32,049 nucleotides of DNA from Octopus sinensis (taxonomy: Eukaryota): assembly GCF_006345805.1 (NCBI RefSeq), contig NW_021829651.1, positions 1-32,049 on the forward strand. The letters are read 5' to 3'. The translations under genes and the position numbers were made by a program. Every line of letters starts with the position of its first letter. Position 1 is the stretch's first letter. A model generated the notes under the pieces. It had not been told where the DNA came from. It saw nothing but the letters and a program-made list of their open reading frames with translations, and made no database searches. Of this stretch, positions 9,535-19,521 are shown one piece after another.

Positions 9535-9680
9535 GCGAGCTTCCACACAGTTTCTGTCAACCAAATTCACTCGAGGCTTTGGTCAGCCCAGAAGAGCTTA
9601 GTCCAAGGTAATGCGCTGCGGGACTGAAACCGAAACCACGTGCTTATGAAGTGAACATCGTAACCACACAACTATACCTG
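9535..9680 (-). mobile_element. Old family A-related left arm
   Basis: CCAAATTCACTC..GGCTTTGGTCAGCCC..CCAAGG..GGGACTGAAACC aligns to family A. Confidence 0.7.
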
Positions 9681-9688
9681 TACATTAG

Positions 9689-9699
9689 ACAGACAGATA

Positions 9700-9760
<61 letters not shown>
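9689..9760 (+). repeat. (GATA)n microsatellite
   Basis: Direct reading. Confidence 0.95.
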
Positions 9761-10067
9761 GCTTGTACCTTCTTAAGACCAGAGTAGGGAGGGCAACAGC
9801 CCGGAGACGCCACAGGTGAATGAACCCAGCTCTAATTTTATCCATGCTGTTGCTTGTTTTCAATAAATAAATGCTTATCCCTCGATGTAGGCTATCTTTC
9901 TCCGCCTACCGGAAGCCTAAAATTATGTTAAGACGGCGGCGTATATAAGAAAGCATTTGACAATAAAGCTGCAATGCGGCGTGGCAACATCAGTAGCAAT
10001 GTGTTACATGTTGTCATTGTGTAATGAATAGTTTATTGTAAATGTGGAGCTTTTTCTCTTATTGTAG

Positions 10068-10131
10068 TTTTGTGGTCATTGAGAGTTGTGTATGTGTCGG
10101 CGAGCAAACACGGCGCTCTGAACGTGTGTGC
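10068..10131 (+). CDS. Weak candidate 64-nt exon (coding or UTR)
   Basis: Acceptor GCTTTTTCTCTTATTGTAG and donor TGC|GTAAGT. Two frames are open; no recognisable protein. Confidence 0.25.
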
Positions 10132-10164
10132 GTAAGTATGTATGTGAAAAACAGCACTGTGTGC

Positions 10165-10202
<38 letters not shown>

Positions 10203-10419
10203 TGTGAAAACAGCTCTTTTCATTTGTATGTGTGTTTGTAAATGGAAGCAACACCTTGCATTTGTAAGTGAAACGTAACTGTGTGTGTGTGTGTCGTCAA
10301 CTTCTTACTGTTACGTCTCTTTACGTTTAGCTTTTTTCAATGTTACACACACACATTTGTGTGAGTGTGTGTGTGTCTGCTCTATTACCCCAACATGAAG
10401 GTCATGTTTTGTCTAGTGA

Positions 10420-10960
10420 TGAAGGTGTAGGTGGTGGCAGTGGTAGTGGTGAGGTATCTAGTGATAGGAGTATTCGTTGTGATATAGGTGTGTGTGATAG
10501 TATGGGTGCTAGTGGTAGTAATAGTGAATGTAGTTATAGTGGTGATGGTGAGAGTATGGTGCGACTAGTGGTAGTGGTGGTTATAGTGGAGGTGGTGGTG
10601 ATAGTATAGGTGCTAGTGATGGTAGTGGTGGTGATAGTATGGGTGCTAGTGGTAGTAATAGTGGTGGTAGTTATAGTGGTGATGGTGAGAGTATGGTGCG
10701 ACTAGTGGTAGTGGTGGTTATAGTGGAGGTGGTGGTGATAGTATAGGTGCTAGTGATGGTAGTGGTGGTTATGGTGGTGGTGGTGGTGATAGTATGGGTG
10801 CTAGTGGTAGTAGTGATTGTTATAGTGGTGGCGTGAGAGTATGGGAGCTAGTGGTGGTAGTGGTGGTGGTGATAGTATGAGTACTAGTGTTAGTGGTGGT
10901 TATGGTGGTGATGATGTGATAGTATGGGTGCTAGTGGTGTTTATGATGGTGGTAGTGGAG
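10420..10960. repeat. GGT/AGT/GAT low-complexity block with a higher-order repeat of ~137-155 bp
   Basis: TATGGGTGCTAGTGGTAG restarts at 10501, 10638 and 10793; the first two units are nearly identical. Confidence 0.85.
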
Positions 10961-11125
10961 ATATCGACAGAGGCTGCGGTAACGGTAGACAATGGTGCTG
11001 CAAGCTCTGACTGCGTAAACCAAATTCCAAAGCATTCCATCCGTGACCCTCCCGTCATTTTTCTATACTTGCATGGAACTCAACACCACGTTACCTAGCG
11101 GGTTTTTTTTTTGTTAAAATGATAG

Positions 11126-11178
11126 CAGCGTGATTTGAGGGAGATTTAGCTGCTGTTTCTATCAGGTCGCGTAAGCAC
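11126..11178 (+). mobile_element. Fragment of an interspersed repeat (family F)
   Basis: GTGATTTGAGGGAGATTTAGCTGCTGTTTCTA is the reverse complement homolog of 23345-23412. Confidence 0.6.
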
Positions 11179-11189
11179 CATAAGTTTAC

Positions 11190-12207
11190 CTTGTTCACTC
11201 GCGCTGATGATGGTGGTAGTGATGGTAACGGCAGGAGTGATGGTGGTGGAGGTAGTGATAGTGTTGGTGACGATGGTAGTGATGGTGGTGGGGATGGTGG
11301 TAGTGGTGATGGTGGTAGTGGTGGTGGTGGTGGTGTTGGTAGTGGTGATGGTGGTAGTGGTGGTGGTGGTGGTGTTGGTAGTGGTGATGGTGGTGGTGGT
11401 GTTGGTGGTAGTGCTGGTGGTGGTAGTGGTAGTGGTGATGGTGGTAGTGGTAGTGGTGGTGGTGGTGGTGGTGATGGTGGTGGGGATGGTGGTAGTGGTG
11501 GTGGTGGTAGTGTGGTGGTGGTGGTGTGGTAGTGGTGATGGGGTATGGTGGTGGTGGTGGTGTTGGTAGTGGTGATGGTGGTGGTGGTGGTGTTGGTAGT
11601 GCTGGTGTGGTAGTGGTAGTGGTGATGGTGGTAGTGGTAGTGGTGGTGATGGTGGTAGTGATGGTGGTGGGGATGGTGGTAGTGGTGATGGTGGTAGTGG
11701 TGGTGGTGGTGGTGTTGGTAGTGGTGATGGTGGTAGTGGTGGTGGTGGTGGTGTTGGTAGTGGTGATGGTGGTAGTGGTGGTGGTGGTAGTGCTGGTGGT
11801 GGTAGTGGTGATGGTGGTAGTGGTGGTGGTGGTGGTGTTGGTAGTGGTGATGGTGGTGGTGGTGTTGGTGTTGGTGTTAGTGCTGGTGTGGTAGTGGTAG
11901 TGGTGATGGTGGTATGGTAGGGTGGTGGTGTTGGTAGTGGTGATGGTGATAGTGGTGGTGGTGGTGGTGGTTGGTAGTGGTGATGGTGATAGTGGTGGTG
12001 GTGGTGTTGGTAGTGGTGATGGTGATAGTGGTGGTGGTGGTGTTGGTAGTGGTGATGGTGATAGTGGTGGTGGTGGTGTTGGTAGTGGTGATGGTGATAG
12101 TGGTGGTGGTGGTGTTGGTAGTGGTGATGGTGATAGTGGTGGTGGTGGTGTTGGTAGTGGTGATGGTGATAGTGGTGGTGGTGGTGTTGGTAGTGGTGAT
12201 GGTGATA
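11190..12207 (-). repeat. ~1 kb GGT-based minisatellite including about 7 copies of a 36-bp unit; possible Thr-rich exon on the minus strand
   Basis: Unit GGTGTTGGTAGTGGTGATGGTGATAGTGGTGGTGGT at ~11930-12207. On the minus strand the block is bracketed by TTCTCAG| and CAAG|GTAAAC. Confidence 0.8.
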
Positions 12208-12565
12208 CTGAGAATTTTCCAAGGAGATTTCGGTATTATATCTTTAGTCAATGTGTGTGTGTGTGTGGATATGTGTGCGACTGTGTTTGTATATGTCAAT
12301 GTGTGTGTGTGTGGATGTCAGATCTCTCTGATATTTCTGGGTGAATAATTTATGGAATTGAGATAGTGTGTGTGTGTGTTGTGTGTGTGTGTGTGTGCGT
12401 GCGCGAACGTGAGTTAGTGTGTCAGTGTGTGTGTGTGTGTGTGTGGGTAGAGAATATGAGAAAAGTGTGTTAATGTTACAATACAATCCGGAGTTATAAA
12501 TGAATGAACGACGATGATGACGAGGAAGGGTGCATAGTTTTACAGGGAGTGAAACAGGAATAGAA

Positions 12566-12596
<31 letters not shown>

Positions 12597-12781
12597 TCAT
12601 GTAGATGACATAAAGATAGACTTCAAAATATCTCTTTAATATGAACTCACACAGACACACACACACACATATAGGCATACAAACATGTTGTATGTGTGTG
12701 TGTATGTATAGAGATGACAAACAGATAGAGCTGAGTTCAAAATAACTTCCCTTCATTTATATACTCAACCAGGCATATATA

Positions 12782-12814
<33 letters not shown>

Positions 12815-12828
12815 GATATATATATATA

Positions 12829-13036
12829 CTTTATTTAAAGCAGCAGAAAATTCAACAAAATCTGTTACTCTGTTCATCAGACAGTTTTTGTTAGAAACTG
12901 TCTGATGAACGGCAACGAGAAACTCAGAGTAACAGATTTTGTTGAATTTTCTGCTGCTTAAAATAAAGCATATTCTCTACCACTGGTATTTGAGTACACT
13001 TTTTTCCACTTTGTTTCACATTTATGTGTTTACTCC

Positions 13037-13037
<1 letters not shown>
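12829..13037 (+). mobile_element. Palindromic Penelope-like or retrozyme-like element (family P4) inserted in (TA)n
   Basis: Inverted arms at 12829-12888 and 12895-12968; the left arm lacks 15 nt. A unique tail follows. Sister copy at 15606-15727. Confidence 0.75.
12895..12939 (+). ncRNA. Type I hammerhead ribozyme motif
   Basis: Stem I AAACUGU/ACAG(A)UUU; core CUGAUGA at 12902-12908; short stem II A-CG-GCAA-CG-A; GAAA at 12919-12922; stem III ACU/AGU with a CAG loop; GUA cleavage triplet at 12929-12931. Folded by hand; activity untested. Confidence 0.72.
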
Positions 13038-13097
<60 letters not shown>

Positions 13098-13213
13098 CAC
13101 ATATATATCAAGAACATCTATATATATCACACATACAGGCCGTGAGTACGGGCGTGTATATGTATGTATATATACATTTATTTATATATATACTCAGCCA
13201 GGCGTATATATAT

Positions 13214-13604
13214 CTCTTTACTCTTTTACTTGTTTCAGTCATTTGACTGCAGCCATGCTGGAGCACCGCCTTTAGTCGAGCACTTATTCTTTGTAAGCCT
13301 AGTATTTATTCTATCGGTCTCTTTTGCCGAACCGCTAGGTGACGTGGACGTAAACACACCAGCATCGGTTGTCAAGCATTGCTAGGGGGACAAACACAAA
13401 CACACGCACATACACATATATACATATATATACATATATACGACAGGCTTCTTTCAGTTTCCGTCTACCAAATCCACTCACAAGGCATTGGTCGGCCCGG
13501 GGCTATAGCAGAAGACACTTGCCCAAGATGCTACGCAGTGAGACTGAACCCGGAATCATGTGGTTGGTGAGCAAGCTACTCACCACACAGCCACTCCTGC
13601 GCCT
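13214..13604 (-). mobile_element. SINE family A with a short internal deletion
   Basis: Matches the family A sequence. Confidence 0.92.
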
Positions 13605-13631
13605 ATGTATGTATATACATATATATATATA

Positions 13632-14006
13632 CTCTTTTACTTGTTTCAGTCATTTGACTGCGGCCATGCTGGAGCACCGCCTTTAGTCGAACAAATCGAC
13701 CCCATAGCTTATTCTTTGTAAGCCTAGTACTTATTCTATCGTCCATTTTTGCCGAACCGCTATGTTACGGGGACATAAACACACCAGCATTGGTTGTCAA
13801 GCGATGTTGATGGAGGTGGGACAAACAGACACAAACATATATACACACACACATAGATATATATATATATATATACATATATACGACGAGCTTCTTCCAG
13901 TTTCCGTCTACGAAATCCACTCACAAGGCTTTGGTCGGCTCGAGGCTATAGTAGAAGACACTGAACCCGGAATCATGTGGTTGGTAAGCAAGGTACTTAC
14001 CACACA
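13632..14006 (-). mobile_element. SINE family A with its head truncated into the (TACA)n array
   Basis: Matches family A; ends CTTACCACACA|TACATACA. Confidence 0.9.
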
Positions 14007-14772
14007 TACATACATACATACATACATACATACATCATAACATACACATGCATACATGCATACATACATACATACATACTACATACACAACACACAACAC
14101 ACATACATACATACATACATACAAAGTACATCATACACACATAAATAACATACAACACATAAATACATACACACATACATACATACATACATACATACAT
14201 CAAAATACATACATACATAATACATCATACATACTACATACATACATAAATACATACATACATCATACTACATACATACATACATACATACATACATACA
14301 TACTTACATAATACTACATAAATCATACATACATACATACATACATACATACAATACATACATACATACATACATACATACATACATGCATACATACTTA
14401 AATACATAATACATACATAATCATACATACGACATACAATACATACATACATACATACATACATACATACATAAATACATACATACTACATACATACATA
14501 CATGCATACTTACATACATAAATACATACATAAATACATACATACATACTACATAAATACATACATACATACATACATACATACATACATACATACTTAC
14601 ATAAATACATACATACATACATACCTACATACATACATACAGACATACATACAGCATACTACTACATACATACATACATAAATACTACATACATAAATAC
14701 ATAAATACATACATACATACATACATGCATGCATGCATGCATGCATACATACATACAATCATACATACATAC
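14005..14772 (+). repeat. ~770-bp imperfect (TACA)n array
   Basis: Direct reading; includes a short (ATGC)n patch near 14725-14745. Confidence 0.95.
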
Positions 14773-15574
14773 AAGCTAATGTGGGTGTCTGTATGTGTAT
14801 ATATGTGTGCATATAGATGACACGCAAATAGAAGCCTCACCCTCTCATATACACTCACCTACGCACGTACACACACACACACCTTACGCGCGTGCACATG
14901 CGTCTGTAGGTGTGGGTGCATACTCAAAGTGAAAAAGGGAGCCCGACTGTCGTCCAAACGGACAGTCATTAGCTTTCCCGGTATATTATAGTGTTGATTG
15001 TGATGATGGTGATGATGATGGTGGTGGTCGTGGTCGTTATGGTGATGATAATGATGATATTGGTGATGAAGATATTATGACGGTGATGGTGGTGAAGACC
15101 AATGTTGTGTCGATCGTTGTAACAACAGACACCACCCTCACCACCCTCACCACCACCACCAAGATCAATATCTACCTCCATCTTTTTTGCAATTGACCCT
15201 CTCCACCCGTCCATCCACCCTTGTATCTAACAGAAATAGAAAAAAACATTGGGGATTTAATCTCCAGGCATGTGTGTGTGTGTGTGCGTACGCACGTATA
15301 TGCATATATATGTATGTATATATGTACGTATGCATGTATGTATGTATACGTTGTATTAAGGTTACCCTGAATTAATGTATATATATATGTTTGTATGTGT
15401 GTGTATATATATATATACACATACACAAACACATATATATATACACACATACACAAACACACATATATACACACATATGCAAACATATATATATATATAT
15501 ACACACACATATATATATATGCGCGCGTGTGTGTTTGTGTATATAGAAGTGTGTTCGTGTGTGTATGTTAGAGC

Positions 15575-15605
<31 letters not shown>

Positions 15606-15727
15606 CTTTATTTTAAGCAGCAGAAAATTCAACAAAATCTGCTGCTTAAAATAAAGCAGATTACTCTACCACTGGTATTTGAGTACTCTTTTTTCCACCT
15701 TGTTTCACATTTATGTGTTTACTCCGG
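15606..15727 (+). mobile_element. Family P4 copy with the palindrome centre (hammerhead) deleted
   Basis: CTTTATTTTAAGCAGCAGAAAATTCAACAAAATCTG|CTGCTTAAAATAAAG, then the same tail as 12969-13037. Flanked by (TA)n. Confidence 0.8.
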
Positions 15728-15764
15728 TATATATATATATATATACACACAACACAAGTGTATG

Positions 15765-15885
15765 TATTACGTTCCGAGTTCAAATCCTTCCGTGGACATC
15801 TTTGCCTTTTGTCCTTCCAGAGTCGATAAAAAAATTGAAATGCCACTCAACTCACGTAGTGAGATCGATGGTATCGACTCTCCGC
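15765..15885 (+). mobile_element. Diverged SINE family B fragment
   Basis: GAGTTCAAATCC...TTTGCCTTTTGTCCTTCCAGAGTCGATAAAA...GATCGATGGTATCGACT. Confidence 0.7.
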
Positions 15886-16179
15886 CGCCGCCGCCACACC
15901 TCACCCCACCCCATCACCCACCCACCCAGCACCTCCGTCCCCACCCCTCCCCTCGAAATCGCTGGTCTTGCGCCTGAACAAGAATCAATCAATTTTATTA
16001 TTGTTGCTGCTGTTACAACAACAACAACACCACCAACAACAACAACAACACAGCAAGAACAATCACAACATTAGCAGCAGTTACATCATCATTATCATCG
16101 TCATCAGCTGCTAATATCGATTCTTCTTTGGTTGCATCTTCTTCGGGCTTACACATATACGCGTCAGAGAGAGAGAGTG

Positions 16180-16217
<38 letters not shown>

Positions 16218-16416
16218 TGTTTGTGTGTGTGTTGTGTGTGCACGTACAGACAAACATCCGTACATACAATTCAGGATAACCGTAACATATATGACATATA
16301 CACACACTAACATATATACATATATACATACGCATGTATATGTACATACTCACAAACATATATATCCATATATACAAACATAATCTATACATACATATAA
16401 TTACAGAGTAATCTTA

Positions 16417-16450
<34 letters not shown>

Positions 16451-16845
16451 CAGTGGCTTTGTGGTAAGAAGCTTGCTTCCCAACCACATGGTTCCAGGTT
16501 CAGTCCCACTAGATGGCACCTTGGGCAAGTGTCTTCTACCAAAGCCTTGTAATTGGATTTGGTAGACGGAAACTGAAAGAAGCCCTACGTATATATTTTT
16601 ATGTACGTACGTATCTATGTATGTGTGTGTGTGTGTATTTTGTCCACGCCACGCCCACCGTCGCTTGACAACCGATCTTGGTGTGTTTACGTCCTCGTAA
16701 CTTAGCGGTTCGGCATAAGCGACCGACGGAATAACTACTAGGTTTACAAAAGAATAAATCCTCGGGGAGGGGGGTGACTTGTTCGACGTAAAGCGATGCT
16801 CCAGCATGGGCGCAGTCAAAATGCCGGAAACCGGTAAAGAAAAGC
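16451..16845 (+). mobile_element. SINE family A, moderately diverged
   Basis: Matches the family A sequence. Confidence 0.88.
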
Positions 16846-16852
16846 ATGCAGC

Positions 16853-16891
<39 letters not shown>

Positions 16892-17059
16892 ATATATTAT
16901 ATTATATATATACACACACACACACGTATAATCATACATATATTAAAGGCTAACCGCATAGTCTGGACACACAGACGAAATTACATAAATTCCGTAATTC
17001 TATTCCGTTCCCATTCATGAATGACATTTTCAACATGGCTTCCAACATTTGCCCGTCCT

Positions 17060-17445
17060 TTTATCCGTCACTTGCTTCGGTCGTTAGACTGCGGCCACGC
17101 TGGGGCATCGCATTGAACAAATTTTTAGTCGAATTAATTCAATCCCACGAGTTGGTTAAACTTTTAAGTCTGGTAATCTTATTCTGTCGATCACTTTTGT
17201 CGAATCGCTACGTGACGAGGACGTAAACACACGACCACTGGTCGTCGAACGGTGGTGGGGGACAGACAGACAGACACTCACACATATACACACACATACA
17301 CACGCAATCACGATGGCTTCTTTCAGCTTCGGTCAGCAAAATCTACTTTAAATGCTACCAACGGAAGACAACCGAAGTACCACGCTGCGGGACTGAACCC
17401 GGGACCATGTGGTTGAGAAGTAAATGCACAAACCTACTACAACTA
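17060..17445 (-). mobile_element. SINE family A, diverged and deleted
   Basis: Matches family A on the minus strand. Confidence 0.8.
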
Positions 17446-17597
17446 TACATATGTGTATAGATATATATATATATTGCAAGTACAAACACAGACACGCACA
17501 CACAATCACACACGCACACATATATAGCACACATGCATATATACACATACACACACATATATATAGCACACATGCATATATACACATACACATCACC

Positions 17598-17863
17598 GTG
17601 ACCACTGTGATCGACCAGGCTATCAGATGTTGCTACACATCGCTGGTCACAATGCGCTTCGCATTGTTTTAGCCTTCAAATGACGCCACCTCGCTGGCTA
17701 AGCGAGCAGGCCAACAGAAAAAAGAGCGAGAGAAAGTTGTGGCGAAAGAGTACAGCAGGGATCGCCACCACCGCTTTTAGGTGTTTTCACTCAATAAACA
17801 CTCACAACGCCCGGTCTGGGAATCGAAACCGCGATCCTACAACCACGAGTCCGCTACCCTAAC
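17598..17863 (-). mobile_element. SINE family E: same head and body as 26473-26660 but a different 3' tail
   Basis: CTCAATAAACACTCACAACGCCCGGTCTGGGAATCGAAACCGCGATCCTA is the reverse complement of the 26473 copy. The tail carries the hairpin ACAATGCG-CTT-CGCATTGT. Confidence 0.8.
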
Positions 17864-18376
17864 ACATACACATGTATTTATATATAGCACACATGCGTGC
17901 ACACACCCACCAACACACACACATATGGCACACACGCACACTTATATACACACAGTCCCGTCAACCATTTCCTTGTAAAAATATGACAGTAATATAAGTA
18001 TCGGGCTATCCTCCGATTCACGTTTAATTGTTGTCATAACACCAGACACACATTATATATACATATACGTACACGCACACACCTATATACACATGCACAC
18101 ACACACACACACTTATAGATATAAATGAAGGTGTGTGTGTGCGTGAGTGCTCGCTGTTATCAACTTCCTATTCTATCCATATGTTTAACAAACCACATCG
18201 TTTAAGATTCGCCCAGAGGCTAAAATAACATTAAACACACGCAGATGTGTGTGTGTGTGTGTGTATGTGTGTGTGTGTATGTGTGTGTATACACATATAT
18301 ACATACTATAAGCTTTTATGAGTTATTACGTTAAAATGTTTTTCAATGCACGCCTGTTAGACATTATATATATATG

Positions 18377-18608
18377 TAAATGTAGAAAAATACAAACTGG
18401 GACAAGAACGTAAAACATTTAGGAGACGATACTAAAAAAACGGACGGGACATTCGAAGCCTTCAATCTTCAGTCAAGAACCGGATCATCCTCGCAATTTC
18501 GGCTGATTAATCTTGAGATTGCTCCGATCTGGCCAGCCCCCAAGGAAAAACTAAGCCAAACGCATTAGATTCCTTGGAAGAAAGCCTCGAATGTATACAA
18601 AACAAGGA

Positions 18609-18610
<2 letters not shown>
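18377..18610 (-). mobile_element. Longest copy of Penelope-like family P2, between TA runs
   Basis: Homologous to 2561-2671 and 30931-31061, and extends about 110 bp beyond their shared breakpoint. Confidence 0.6.
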
Positions 18611-18662
<52 letters not shown>

Positions 18663-18713
18663 GAGAGAGAGCAGTGCACGCACACACATACACACGTATG
18701 TATGTATGTATGT

Positions 18714-18802
18714 AGGCGCAGGCATAGCTGTGTGGTAAGAACCTCGGACCGACTAAAGCCTTGTCAGTGGATTTGGTAGACGGAAACTGAAAGAAACCCA
18801 TC

Positions 18803-18835
<33 letters not shown>

Positions 18836-19027
18836 ATCACCGCTTGACAACCGGTGTTGGTGTATTTGCGTCCCCGTAACTTAGCGATTCGGCAAAAGAC
18901 ACTGATAGAATAAGTACTAAGCTTTAAAACAAAACAAGTTCTGGAGTCGATTTGTTCGACAAAAACCCGTCAGGGCGGTGCTCCAGCATGGCCGCAGTCA
19001 AACGACTGAAACAAAAGAATAAAAGAA
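18714..19027 (+). mobile_element. SINE family A with a deletion in the left arm
   Basis: Matches the family A sequence. Confidence 0.88.
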
Positions 19028-19134
19028 TATAAAAAATTGCAATTTTACATTAATCTGGTTGGTCACTATACTTTTGACTTCGAAGTCACTGTCAACAACA
19101 TTCTTGTTTAAGAATGTGTGGTGTGTGTGTGTGT

Positions 19135-19512
19135 AGGCGTGGTTGTGTTGTAAGAAGCTTGCTTACCAACCACATGGTTTTGGGTTCAATCCCGCTGCGT
19201 GACACCTTGGACAAGTGTCTTCTACTATAGCCTCGAGTGGACCAAAGCCTTGTGAGTGGATTTAATAGATGGAATCTGAAAGAAGCCCGTCGTTTTTTTT
19301 TGGGGGGGGGGTATCAATGTTTGTTCCCCACCATCACTTGACAACCGGTGTCAGTGTATTTACGTCCTAATAACCTAGCGGTTCGGCAAAAGTTGTCTGA
19401 CAGAATAAGACCCAGTCTTAAAGACAAAAATAATGTATTGGGATGGACTGATTCGACTAAACATTCAAGGCGGTGCCCCAGCATGGCCGCAGTCTAATGA
19501 CTGAAAAAAGAA
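19135..19512 (+). mobile_element. SINE family A, older copy with a T/G run at the centre
   Basis: Matches the family A sequence. Confidence 0.88.
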
Positions 19513-19521
19513 TATATACGT

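Noticed and set aside
11930-12207. Regular 36-bp repeats as a CRISPR-like array
   Set aside because: There are no unique spacers, the context is eukaryotic, and it is a plain minisatellite.
14985-15230. D/G/H-rich apparent coding stretch
   Set aside because: The frame switches and stops, there are no convincing splice sites, and it is typical GAT/CAC low-complexity DNA.
15830-16150. Protein-like text (MPLNSRSEIDGIDSPPPP...) and a minus-strand GTGAGT donor at 15855
   Set aside because: 15765-15885 is a diverged family B SINE, and the rest needs two frameshifts through low-complexity runs.
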